Shown here piece after piece: positions 1 through 12,158 of a stretch of 64,000 bases of DNA; the stretch's first letter is position 1; every line of letters starts with the position of its first letter. The notes beneath the pieces are model-generated. The model searched no databases, was not told the origin of the DNA, and was given only the letters and a program-made list of their open reading frames with translations. This DNA is from Octopus vulgaris (lineage: Eukaryota): positions 19,096,001-19,160,000 of the forward strand of contig OX597820.1 of NCBI GenBank assembly GCA_951406725.2, in the 5' to 3' direction. The position numbers and the translations under genes are program-made.

Positions 1-567
1 CACAATTTATGTTCCTAACACTAGCTGAATGATAACTAAGTTATTTTACTAAACTCGTTCTATTTAAAGTAATTGAAAGAAACACAGAGCATCTCAACAG
101 AAATACAGTAATGAAAAGGTTAAATATTCTACCTGTTTTATATTTAAACCAACCAGATCCAGCCTCTCACACCATCCCTACAATGCCATTCTTAAAGCTA
201 AATTGTCATTTAATCGAAATATCAAAGCTACGAGATATTGAATAACTTATTCAAAACAGTATGAGTAAATAAGCGTTTAAACTGGCCATGTCCATTTGAC
301 CGAGTTATCTGAATGCTAAAGGATTAGCATACATGTTCCAGGCTGTCATGGGTCGGATTGTTAAACAGGCTCTGATGGTCCGAAGGATTGCTGCATGCTT
401 CCGGTGCCTGCTTTAGTATAATTTCCGTGGCTGGATGCTCTTTCTGACACCAACCATTTTATTTTACTTATGTGTGCTTGGTGCATTGTTTTCGTTCCAA
501 CTGCTGTAGTGAAGACACCTCTTTCATTTTATTGTTTAGCATGATCATTACCAGCATCGCCTTACTG

Positions 568-897
568 GCACTTGTGCTGGTGGCACGTGAAAAAAAATTT
601 GAGCGAGGTCATTGCCAGTGCTGCTGGACTGGCTCCTGTGCAGGAGGCATGTAAAAAAACACCATTTGAACGTGCCCTTTGCCAGTACTACCTGACTGGT
701 CCCTGTGCCAGTGGCACGTAAAAGCACCCACTACACACTCATAGTGGTTGGCATTAGGAAGGGCATCCAGCTGTAGAAACTCTGCCAGATCAAGATTGGA
801 GCCTGGTGCAGCCATCTAGTTCGCCAGTCCTCAGTCAAATCGTCCAACCCATGCTAGCATGGAAAGCGGACTTTAAACGATGATGATGATGATGATA
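568..897 (+). mobile_element. 3' UTR of an RTE-clade LINE (5'-truncated) ending in a (GAT)n tail
   Basis: Matches the 3' UTR that follows the RTE ORF end at 44823-45649. Has GGCACGTAAAAGCACC units, ...CCATGCTAGCATGGAAAGCGGAC and a (GAT)n tail. Confidence 0.8.
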
Positions 898-1332
898 GAT
901 AATGTAAGGGTATTGGATGGTATGGCCCATGGTGTTTACTTGTGATTCTCCATGTTCTGACATCAAATCCTGCTGAGGTCAACGTTGTCTTTTGTCCTTT
1001 TGCGATTCAATAAACAAAGTACCAGATTGGCAGAATGTTAGAGAATCAGATGAGATACCTTGTAGTGATTACTCCAGTCCTTTTGTGTTCTAACATCAAT
1101 GTCTGCAATGACACTGATGTCAAATTGTGTCAACCCTAAGACAGTGGCCTTTCTCTTGGTCACCATCAGTGATGTGGAGAGATTTGCAATTATGGACAAT
1201 TACTAATCTTCCAAAAATATTAATAAACTTGTCACAGACATGGCAGAGTGGTTAAGAAGGTTGCTTTGCAACCATGTGGTTTTAGGCTCAATCCCATTGT
1301 GTGACACCTTGGACAAGTGTCTTCAACTATAG

Positions 1333-1490
1333 TGAGAATTTATAAAAAAACAAAAGATGAAGATGGGTGTAAACATCAAATAGATGTATTAGTTTAACGC
1401 TTGGGAAGTGAGAAAGTCTTTTACATTTCGAGCCTACGCTCTTTAACAGAATGGAACACGGAAATAAACAGGGAGAGAAAAAAAAAAAAA
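1333..1490 (-). mobile_element. Penelope-like non-autonomous fragment with degenerate hammerhead motif, inserted in a SINE
   Basis: Minus strand reads CTGTTAA-A-GAGC-GTAG-GCTC-GAAA. Homologous to 26765-26915 and 29060-29200. Confidence 0.55.
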
Positions 1491-1980
1491 AGGTTTAGTG
1501 GCTAGTGATCTATTATGGCGAAGCCCTTTAGTTCCAGGCTGGCTAATGTCTTGTGAGTGGATATAGTAGATAGAAACTGTGGACGCTAGCCATGTATGTG
1601 TGTGTGTTTTTTATATATACACACATACATACACACACACACACACACACATATTCATGATATATACACACACACATTATATATACACACACATATTTAT
1701 ATATATATATACACACATACACACACGCATAGAGGTTTGTATGTATATCTTTGTGTGTGTTTGTTCTCCATGCTTACAGTCACTGCTTGGCAACCAGTGT
1801 TGGTTTGTTCACATCTGCGTACATTAGCAATTCAGTGAAAGAGACCGTAAGAATAAGTTGTCTCAGACTTAAAAAAACGAAAACAAGCAAGAAGAAAAAC
1901 AAAATTACTAATTGGTTGGGGGCAGGATGCAATTTGTACAACTAAACCCATCAGTGGGGTGCCCCAGCATGGTCGCAGTC

Positions 1981-2215
1981 TATATTTCTTTACTGCCCAC
2001 AAGGGGCTAAACATAGAGGGGACAAACAAAGACAGACAAAAGGATTAAGTTGATTACATCGACCCCAGTGCGAAACCGGTACTTTATTTATCGACCCCGA
2101 AAGGATGAAAGGCAAAGTCGACCTCTACGTAATTTGAACTCAGAATGTAACGACAGACGAAATACCGCTAAGCATCTCGCCCGGCGTGCTAACGTTTCTG
2201 CCAGCTCGCCGCCCT
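1981..2215 (-). mobile_element. SINE family C (central domain resembling the Deu/Nin domain), nested in a family B SINE
   Basis: 12-bp TSD ATGGTCGCAGTC at 1969-1980 and 2216-2227. Core GTCGACTTTGCCTTTCATCCTTTCGGGGTCGATAAA is shared with 19510-19685, 49855-50085 and 55606-55835. Confidence 0.85.
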
Positions 2216-2708
2216 ATGGTCGCAGTCCAATGACCAGAAAAAGTAAAAGATAGAAAGAAAAGAAAGATTCACACACATTTCAGTTACAAGTTGTCATTTC
2301 TTCATAGAATTGCTGGAATTTGTAACATTTCCTTCAGAGAAGAACTACGACAACAGATTTAACATATTCTATCCACAACCACCTCCAGCCTTCACCGAAC
2401 CAGCCGATACTCACACACACATGTGCGCACGCGGTTATTGTTATTATAGAGATTGTCAAACTCATTATGTTATCTCTTGATTGTTTAATGTTAAGTTGTC
2501 ATAAGTTGACAATTTTCCCTTGATTACTAAACACCTAGTGCTGAAAACTCAACAATCTGTTTCTTTTGATCATTTATTCATAACTCCGTTCTAACAATTT
2601 GCATTCATTACTAAACATAAACTATTTTTATTTGGTTTATTAACCACCACACATTACACACACACTTAGTATTATGCTAAGGATCGAATTCAACCCTTGT
2701 ATTTCTTC

Positions 2709-3127
2709 GGATCTTTTCGGTTTGAACGGCAGTATTTTAAAATTATTTCCATGTAACTAAACACTTTTCAACTTCGTATACTGGTAGAATGTGTTTATAA
2801 AACGTCCTTTTCTCTTGGCTTTATTGAGAAAATTCTATGGTTTGTAAGATATTTGTTGTTTTTTTTTTCTTCAATTTCAACCAATCAATGACGTCTATTG
2901 AGGTGAAAACATTCTGTGCCATATGAATATGTCCCTCGTTTAAGAAACAGATTGGGTTTATTTACATTTGTGCAGAAAAAAAAGATACCCTTACTCTAAC
3001 CCTAACCCTAACTAACCCTAACCCTAAAACAGATTGAAATGCAATAGATTGATACTAGGGTCATAATTATGGGTGACAATTTCATATGACACTGCTAGAA
3101 AAACTGCTGTTCAAACCGAAAAGATCC
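2709..3127. mobile_element. MITE with about 25-bp TIRs and an internal (TAACCC)n telomere-like tract
   Basis: TIR GGATCTTTTCGGTTTGAAC(G/A)GCAGT at both ends. TAACCC repeats at about 2997-3027. TSD unclear. Confidence 0.8.
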
Positions 3128-3766
3128 AATTTTTTTTCTAATTATTTTCCTTTCATTTTCTTCTCAATCATTGCCAGTATTTTTCCAAGCCGTCCAACAC
3201 CTTAACAACATGCATTGCCTGCACTTCGTACTCCAGTTTCTCAGGAGGGTTTCAAGTACAAATTCTATTGTGGTTTAAACTTTTCATTTTCACTCCCTTC
3301 AAATTTTTCTTCATATTGTAATTAACATAAAGCCGTGTGTTAGGTGGTGAGTCACCAGAACTGTTAGCACACCAGGTAAAAAATCCTTTGCAGTATTTCA
3401 CCTGTCTTACGATCTGAGCTCCAATTCTGTTGAGGTCAGCTTTTCCTTTCATCCTTTCAGGGTCAAAAATTAAGTGCCTATTTCATACTGAGGTTGATGT
3501 AATTGACTATCTCCTTCCCCTAAATTTCTGGCCTTGTGCCTATACAAAAAAGGATTATGATTGTTATTATTATGCCCCAATTGTTATAGGCACCACCTTT
3601 ACTGTTCACATGCTCCAAATTCTTCTTATTTCAAATTTTAAGGGATTACATTTTACTTGTTTTTCTTCCTCTTTCTTTATGATCCTGGAATCAAACAGGC
3701 ATGATAGGTCGATAAGTAAACAACTTATCTATAGTTGTTGTTATTGTTATTATTATTATTATTGTT

Positions 3767-4313
3767 GAGTGAGAGAGCAGTGCATGCCATCAAAGTGACA
3801 CTGAGGTAAAATATATGAAGCCCAATATACCCATCATGACTACCTGTCTGATAAGGGTACACCAGGCACATGCATCACAACCATATGTGCGCGACATGGT
3901 GATCTCATATCAAAATAAACAGTGCATGACTTTGTAGGTGGGGCCCAGTTAGAATTTTCTTCAAGTTGAGTAGTCCATCACACTCAAAAGGTCCCTGAAT
4001 AAGGTTTGTTTAAGGACGTTGAATGAAACACCCATGTTTCCAGAGGTGAATTATTCAAACCCCAAATAAAATTCCTTTCAACACATGGCCATGATGCTCC
4101 CTCACTAATTCTGCTCGTGATCAGAGATGCACATATCGTCAGCCACTAAGGGACATGCTCAACTGGTTAAGGTGAAAAGCAAATCTGTGGTATTGAGCAG
4201 AATATTTGCTGTAGCCCATCCTTTTCACCAAGACAAAACAATGTACATGATAACACTTCCAATCAGTTAAGATCAGAAGCCATGAGAGTCAGTACCTGGT
4301 ACTGCATCGGGGA

Positions 4314-4316
<3 letters not shown>
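3767..4316 (-). mobile_element. About 550-bp non-coding retro-element (family D) inserted in an (ATT)n tract
   Basis: Near-identical to 11323-11973. Truncated copies at 4354-4388 and 11193-11311 keep the same end. Always flanked by (ATT)n. Confidence 0.85.
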
Positions 4317-4353
<37 letters not shown>

Positions 4354-4782
4354 GAGTGAGAGAGCAGTGCATGCCATCAAAGTGACACTTATTATTATTA
4401 TTATTATTATTAGTAGTAGTAGTAGTTGTAGTAGTAGTGGTAGTAGTGGTGGTGGTAGTAGTAGTTGTAGTAGTAGTAGTAGTAGTAGTAGTAGTATCAC
4501 TACTACAGCACTTATGTTGTGATATAATGACACTTAATAATGGAGAAACAAATGTTGGCACAGTGATTGTTGCTTATTAAAAATGGTGTTGTTTATTGGT
4601 CAGTGTGTTTATGTTTTCATCTCTTTGAATTAATAATAAATTGTTGCTCCCTCTTTCATTAAAAATTGTTGCTCATGGCAGCTGTTTTATGAATCTCATC
4701 TTGACTAATATCTTCTGTAATTGCTTCGACCAGCTGAATCTATCAGTCTAGGTCTTGCTTTTCCTTTGTCTGTTCACCCCAG

Positions 4783-5272
4783 AACACACACACACACTCC
4801 ACACACGCTCCACACACACACGCACAAACATTCCAAGCCACACACAAACACACACACACTCCAAGCCACAAACACACACTCACACACTCCAAGCCACACA
4901 CATACTCCAAGCCACAAACACATACTCACACACTCCAAGCCACACACACTCCAGGCCACAAACACTTACTCACTCACACACTCCAAGCCACACACACACA
5001 CTCCAAGCCACAAACACACACTCACACACTCCAAGCCACACACACAAATGCACACACTCCAAGCCACACACATACTCCAAGCCACAAACACATACTCACA
5101 CACAAACACACACACTCCAGGCCACAAACACTTACTCACACACTCCAGGTCACAAACACACACACACACTCCAAGCCACAAACACACACTCACACACTCC
5201 AAGCCACACACACAAACACAAACACACACACATACTCCAAGCCACACACACACTACTCACAGCCACACACAC
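4783..5272. repeat. Minisatellite of CTCCA(A/G)GCCA cores separated by variable (CA)n spacers, about 16 units
   Basis: Direct reading of the recurring CACTCCAAGCCACA motif. Confidence 0.9.
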
Positions 5273-5682
5273 ACTTATTGTTAGGAATTTATAATTGTTA
5301 CTTTCTTTCTTAAATAGCAAAGTCACTTTTCATGGTTGGCTTTGACAGATTGCTAGATTGGCAGGTGAAAGTGTGTATGTATGGACATGTGATTGCATGA
5401 GAGTGTGTGTGTGTATGTGTGTGTGTGTGTGAGAAAGAGGTGGTTGAAGTCTTACTCTCCTTTCTACAACAGTAGGAACAAATATACTAGATTTTTTGGT
5501 TCATTGTTCACATAGTAATTGGGTGTCGTTGATTAGATAAAATGAACTACGTCTCGTGGGGGAGCTGTAAATTCAAACCTCATCATGAGACACCAAAACT
5601 TTTCCATGTCCACCTTACTCAGTAGTGGACATTTGTCCAAAGTGCCACACAGAAATTTATGAAAATTAATGATTCGGTGACA

Positions 5683-6145
5683 GCATCAGTGTTTTTGAAG
5701 GAAAAGTTAGGCATAAGAGGAATTAAATGTAATGTGCAAGAGAGAAGACTGCACTGGTTTGGCCATGTGATGCGTATGGATCTGGGCAGAACTTGTGGAA
5801 GAGGGTCACCCAAGAAGACATAGAACGAATTATTGTAGGCTGATATCAAAACACTGAGCGTTATGATGGAGATGACTAAGGACTGAGATATGTGGGGCCT
5901 TGCTGTGCTCAAGAAGACCTGTCCACCACAGCAGAATTGATACTGGTGCTGGTGCCACGTTAAAAGCACCCAGTACAATCTGTGGAGTGGTTGGTGTGAG
6001 GAAGGGCATCCAGCTGTAGAAACCATGCCAGAACAGACAATGGAGTCTTGTGTGGCCTCTAGCCTTACTAGCTCCAATGAAACCGTCCAATCCATGCCAG
6101 CATGAAAAACGGACGTTAAATGATGGGTGATGATGATGATGATGA
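5683..6145 (+). mobile_element. Degenerate 3' end of an RTE-clade LINE (ORF C-terminus plus 3' UTR)
   Basis: Translates to LKEKLGIRGIKCNVQERRLHWFGHVMRMD...CGRGSPKKT with later stops. This is the RLxWFGHVxRM / RGRP motif of RTE-type ORFs. (GAT)n tail. Confidence 0.8.
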
Positions 6146-6358
6146 TATATGTGTGGGTATTTGTGTACCTGTGTCTTGACATCATGGTTGTATATGAACT
6201 ACATTACCGTCATGCAAGTGACTATGTCCATCCATGCGGGAATATTGACTTGCCTAGAAACAATGTAGAGGTTGGTGACAAGAAAGGCATCCAACTGAAG
6301 AAAATTTGCTTTGAAAAATTCTGTCTGACCTATCCAAGCATGAAAAAGGAGACATTAA

Positions 6359-6581
6359 CCCTTTTTGGTACCAACCCACCAGAGACTGCCCCTGGCTCAG
6401 TCGTGCAAATGTCTTGTTTCCAAAAGCTCTGAATTAAAATCTTCCACCAAACCTTAGTCACAATTTATGTTCCTAACACCAGCTTTACGATAACAAAGTT
6501 ATTTTACCAAATTCTTCATTATATTTAAAATTAATTGAAATTAACCCAAAGTATCTCAACAGAAATATGGTAACAAAAGGA
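6359..6581. mobile_element. piggyBac-like MITE family G
   Basis: TTAA|CCCTTTT start. Homologous to 1-120, 34317-34534, 47304-47524 and 47556-47775. Confidence 0.75.
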
Positions 6582-7957
6582 TTAGTTGGTGATGATGATG
6601 ATGATGATGATGATGATTGAATTTTTCACAGTTTAAAGATATGCTTTTTTAAAGAATTTAACTTCATTTTAATTGATATGTTTCTCTTACTAAATAAATA
6701 CGATCAATGTAGATAATTTAGGAATTATTATAGATTAATTAGTCGTCCATTTATCCACAACACTATAATTTCATTATTATTTCTGCTTTAACGGATTTTA
6801 TTTTTATATTTTTAATTCACCACTTTAATAATTGCAAACCAGAAAAATTTGTAAGCTTGCAGAGAAGCAATCTCTGCTGAAGTTTGAGGTTTTCAGATGA
6901 TATTGAGAGTTGACCTAACGGGGGATAGTCCTATTATGTGTATTAAAATATACTATCGCTTTATAAAACACCGTTTCTATGGGCGATTACAAAATAATAA
7001 AATTATTGCCATCTCAAAACAATACTCAGATTCTGCTTTGTTTGAGACTAATTTTGGATCCTGATATAATCAACGGCTAATTCTTATGGATTTTTTATCC
7101 ATTAATGCACATCTATCACAGAACACTTAACTTTATCGTTGTTTTTGTTTTAAATATATGCGTCAGTTCTTTATTTAAGTATATCTGAATAGTTAACAGT
7201 AGAGGTCATCTTCTAGTAATTAACCTTTTAATAATATTTATAATTCTTTAATAAAAGCGTAAAAACTTATTTTGTTACTAAGCTTAAAGGACTGAAAAGG
7301 TTTCACTTTTATGGATAAGTTAATGTAATTTTCTATGAAGATTATTTGTTAATTGGAGCTGAATTGGAAAATTTATTTTTTGCATAAAATTGTGTGTGTG
7401 TATGTGTGTGTGTTTGTATTTTATACTCTCCATTATTCTTCAAAAATTCTCCAATAGAATAAGTCTCATAACTAAAATCTAAGTTCCGTCATTGGAATTT
7501 ACAGTGGGAGAGTATTGTAGTTCGCTTGAAGCACTGTGTATTGTTTGTAAAGAATAAAAAGTTTGGAATGGTACAACAATGCACTATAATACAAAAAAAA
7601 AAATGAACTATATACCTGTTGTAATTTAGTCATTTGGTACTCATTCTATTGGTAAGTCACTTAGTTGCAGGGACAAAAACAAAGCAACACTGGTTGTCAA
7701 ACTGTGGTGTGGGACAGACACAACACAAATACATACAAAGATACATGCACAGACACACACATATGTACATATATGATGGGCTTCTTTCAGTTTCCATCTA
7801 CCAGATTCACTCACAGGATTTTGATTGACCTGGGGCTAAAGTAGAAGACACTTGCCCTTGGTGCCACACAGTGGGACTGAACCAAAGACCACGTAGTTAG
7901 GAAGTAAGCATCTTACTGTCACGGCCACACTTGCATCTATATTTATAAATAAATTTA

Positions 7958-8385
7958 ATCATCATCATCATCATTTAACATCCGTTTTCCATGCTAGCAT
8001 GGGTTGGACGGTTCGACCGGGGTCTGGTAAGCCATGGAGGCTGCACCAGGCTCCAGTCTGATTTGGCAGTGTTTCTACAGCTGGATGCCTTCCTAACACC
8101 AACCACTCCATGAGTGTAGTGGGTGTTTTTTTACGTGCCACCGGCACCGGGGCCAGAGGAGATGGCAAACGGCCACAATCGGTTGGTGCTTTTACATATC
8201 ACCGACACGGACGCTAGTCAGGCGGCGCTGACATCTGCCACGTTCGGATGGTGCCTTTTACGTGTCACAGGCATGGGTGTCTTAACTACAATTTCCATTT
8301 GATTTTCATTTTGATGTTGGTGTTGACGTACTTGACTCAATAGGTCTCCTCAAGAACAGCGGGTCACTCTACGATCCAAGGTTAA
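7958..8385 (-). mobile_element. RTE-clade LINE 3' UTR copy
   Basis: (ATC)n followed by TTTAACATCCGTTTTCCATGCTAGCATGGGTTGG and internal GTGCTTTTACGTGCCACC units. Confidence 0.8.
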
Positions 8386-8905
8386 TATTTGCTTAATTTA
8401 AAGTCTGATCACCCTTGACTCAGAAAAATCGGTAATCTAGAGTGGCTTTGGTACCAAACATTCCAGAAAATGGATCTTATAGTTGTGAATGCCTTTAGGG
8501 CCTATAATTTATGCCCACACAGTGTATGTGAAAAAAGAGTATGTTAATGATAAGGCGGGGAGCTTGAGTGAGACTCGGTCCCTAGAAGAGAGTAAAAATG
8601 AAATGCTGACACATTAATATCTTTCTGAGCACATTGTAAAGAATTTAATTTTGGCATTGTACTGTTTCTGCCAATTCACCAACAATACTTGTGAAGATTT
8701 AATATCCACTTAGAAAATATTCAATGCCATTTGTATTTGGGCTGCTTTAATTTGTTAATTTAATATTTCTCTTAAAAAAAAAAAATTGCCTGTCATTTTA
8801 GGTTACGTTTTATATACGTGCTATAATAATTATATTATCGGGTTGACTGCTGAAAAACAATTGCTTTTAATGAGTTGTTGAATACAGATATAAATAAATA
8901 AATAA

Positions 8906-8939
<34 letters not shown>

Positions 8940-9478
8940 TTGATGGCTATAGTATAAAGGCTTAACTAATCAAAGAACTGAAGAATAGGTTCTCCTGGGA
9001 CTGCAATACAGGATATCTCCAAGAGTCTATGATGTAAAAAAATCATTGATGTAGGTGCTGGTGCCTTGTGAAAAGCACTGGTGATGTTGCCATGTAAAAA
9101 GGACCCAATACACTCTGTAAAGGGGTTGGCGTTAGGAAGGGCATCCAGTTCATCATCATCATTGTCATTTAACGTCCGTTTTCCATGCTAGCATGGGTTG
9201 GACAGTTCGGCCAGGGTCTTGGAAGCCAGGAGGCTGCACCAGGCTCCGGTCTGATCTGGCAGTGTTTCTATGGCTGGATACCCTTCCTAACGCCAACCAT
9301 TCCGTGAGAGTAGTGGGTACTTTTTATGTGCCACCAGCACAGGTGCTTTGTGTACTGGAAAGCATTATTATTACTAAAACTAGTACTATTACTATTATTA
9401 CTAGAATTACTATTATTATTGCATTATTAGAAACAATTATTATTATTATTATTATTATCATTATTACCATCATCATCA

Positions 9479-9521
<43 letters not shown>

Positions 9522-9756
9522 CATAAGTGCCACATCTTAACATTTATAGAAATTAAACCAAAACAGACTATGGAACCTGGTGCTGTCCCTGGCCTTGTCA
9601 GTTCCTGTCAAGCCCCCTGCCACCACCACAAACCCATGCCAGTATGGAAAGTGGACATTAAATGTTGCTGATTATCCAAATTCATCTAATTTTTGAGATC
9701 CAATGTTCTTAGCTGTTTGGCATTCAGATTACTCTGTCACATGTAATATTCATTTA

Positions 9757-10269
9757 CCGTAAATCCTTGAGTATAGTCCACCTTTGAGTATAATACGCAG
9801 GGATTTTTTTAGGGGGCTGTACCTCTGAAAAACCTAAACCTTGTGTATAATACGCACCCCTTCTCTAACTTGAGCCAAGGAGGTCTATATAACGTCTTTG
9901 GTTTGTAAAACTATACACGGTAACGTCCTATATTATTATTGTATATATAACATAATGCAAACGTGTAGCTTTTTTGTGCATTTTGTTTGCAGAAAATAAA
10001 GAAGTAACAGTAATATCGTTTAATAAATGTTGCTTACTGCAAGTTATGGATGGTTCTTTTATGACTTCATTGCTTTCAGGCTTAGCTTAATGTATTTTCG
10101 CGCCCGACATCACAAAATGCGTCTGAATGAACATTGCTGGACAGCAAATAGAGACTCAGACATTGCTTAGAAAATAATTTTCATTTTTAACCTCGTATAT
10201 AGTACGCACTAGGGATTTTGACCTTTAAATTTTGGGGGAAAAATGCGGATTATACTCGAGGATTTACGG
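9757..10269. mobile_element. Tc1/mariner-pogo-like MITE inserted inside a family H MITE
   Basis: TA|CCGTAAATCCT(T/C)GAGTATA...TATACTCGAGGATTTACGG|TA. The family H sequence resumes on both sides. A partial second copy lies at about 27386-27663. Confidence 0.85.
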
Positions 10270-10922
10270 TAGTCACATTGTTGTAATCCAATCATGCATT
10301 ATCTCATAGCTTCAAGATTTCAATGATGTGACTGTATATCTTAGGGTAGGCATGAGAGGCTGGATCCAGCTGGTTTGAACATAGGACTGGGAGAATATTT
10401 CAGCTGGATATGATCAGTTCAAAATCCTAAAAGGTTAAGTATGTTTGTTTTAATGTTGTTGATATGAGTTAACTACACAGCGCAGCATGTTATCAAAAAC
10501 AGTAAGTGTATTAGACTAGAGTTCAAATCAAGCAGGAACCCTTTTCTTTTTCTCTTGGAGAGAATGAATTAATACTGATGTTTATAGTATGGTGGATTCT
10601 ATTAACTATAACACCTCACCATTACAGAAGTTAGCATTTTGCTTTGTTTACACGAAACATCATTTTATCTATTTGTATCTTTTCCACTTTAATAAGCGCA
10701 TACATATTGTAATTGTGGTGATATATTCTGGTATTTTAATGGATTTAGAGAGGAAAGCTAATAAAATTCTTCAACATTTGTTATTGTTTTCTCTTCTGTG
10801 AAACAATCTCTCTTCTGCAAACAGATATTGTTGCATGATGGTACAGTTTGATTTCTGAAAGAGACTCAGCACACATCACACGCATACACACACTTACACA
10901 TACAAACTCACACACATTCATT

Positions 10923-10975
<53 letters not shown>

Positions 10976-11161
10976 CTAATGTTATAGTTGACATGCAAGA
11001 ACAAAATATTAGGGTTAAAATTATACAATGAAATCTGGTACATTACCTGCCAACACATGGAAGACATTATACTTGGAGATTGTATCAAGACGTTTACCAG
11101 GTTGTTCTATCAACATTATGGTATTAACATTGGAAAATAGCTTTTAGTCACTAAGCTAAGA

Positions 11162-11192
<31 letters not shown>

Positions 11193-11322
11193 GAGTGAGA
11201 GAGCAGTACATACCATCAAAGTGACACTGGGGTAAAATATATGAAGCCCAGTATACCCACCATGACTATCTGTCTGATAAGGGTACAGTAGGCACATGCA
11301 TCACAACCATATTATTATTATT

Positions 11323-11973
11323 GAGTGAGAGAGCAGTTCATGCCATCAAAGTGACACTGGGGTAAAATATACGAAGCCCAATATACCCATCATGACTACC
11401 CGTCTGATAAGGGTACACCAGGCACATGCATCACAACCATATGTGCGTGACATGGTGATCCCATATCAAGATAAACAGCACATGACCTTGCAGGTGGGGC
11501 CCAGTTAGAATTTTCTTCAGGTTGAGTAGCCCATCCCGCTCAAACGGTCCCTGAATAAGGGTTGTTTAAGGATGTTGAAAGAACCACCCATGTTTCCAGA
11601 GGTGAATTATTCAAACCCCAAAGAATCCCTCTCAACACATGGCTATGATGCTCCCCCTACTTCTGCTCGTGATCAGAGATGCACATATCGTCAGCCACTA
11701 AGGGACATGCTCAACTGGTTAAGGCCAAACAACTGACAAGCAAATCTGTGGTATTGAGCAGAATATTTGATGTAGCCCATCTTTTATACCAAGACAAAAC
11801 AATGTACATGATAACACTTCCAATCAGTTAAGATCAAAAGCCATGAGAGCCACTGCCTGGTACTGCATCAGGGCATTTAGTACTGCATCAGGGCATTGGT
11901 ACTGCATCAGGGCATTGGTACTGCATCAGGGCATTGGTACTGCATCAGGGCATTGGTACTGCATCAGGGCATT
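11323..11973 (-). mobile_element. Family D element with six tandem copies of its terminal 19-mer
   Basis: Homologous to 3767-4316. GGTACTGCATCAGGGCATT x6 at 11859-11973. (ATT)n flanks. Confidence 0.85.
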
Positions 11974-12003
11974 TATACTGCAATTATTATTATTATTATT
12001 ATT

Positions 12004-12158
12004 GCCCTTGCACAGCTTCTAATGCTGGAGATGTACTACGCTGTCAGCTGTTCACTACAAGTGAACTAAAGTAACACTTCTTATTTTTTGAGCACCTTCC
12101 AGAGTATTCGAGCGGTTCCAAGCAGTGCTGTTTTCTACAAGTACTTCACCCTTATTGC
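12004..12158 (-). mobile_element. 3' end of an R4/Dong-like non-LTR retrotransposon in a (TAA)n tract
   Basis: Minus strand encodes IRVKYL*KTALLGTARILWKVLKK*, resembling the QKxxLLGTAxILRxVL C-terminus of R4/Dong-type elements. Short UTR and (AAT)n tail. Confidence 0.7.

Noticed and set aside
2308-2480. Possible exon after TTCATAG (LLEFVTFPSEKNYDNRF...)
   Set aside because: No convincing donor or homology, and it runs into (CA)n.
2997-3027. Telomere or chromosome-fusion site
   Set aside because: Only a few units, enclosed within a TIR element.
3165-3270. Minus-strand peptide PEKLEYEVQAMHVVKVLDGLEKYW
   Set aside because: Bounded by stops, with no acceptor in frame and no recognised family.
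4721-5294. Long His/Thr-rich ORFs, and all the Cys/Val/Tyr/Ile-rich ORFs elsewhere (e.g. 20448-21205, 57241-58014)
   Set aside because: They are translations of micro- and minisatellites that lack stop codons by composition.
11047-11106. 60-nt minus-strand exon candidate with CAG|GTAATG donor
   Set aside because: The acceptor lacks a polypyrimidine tract; unsupported.
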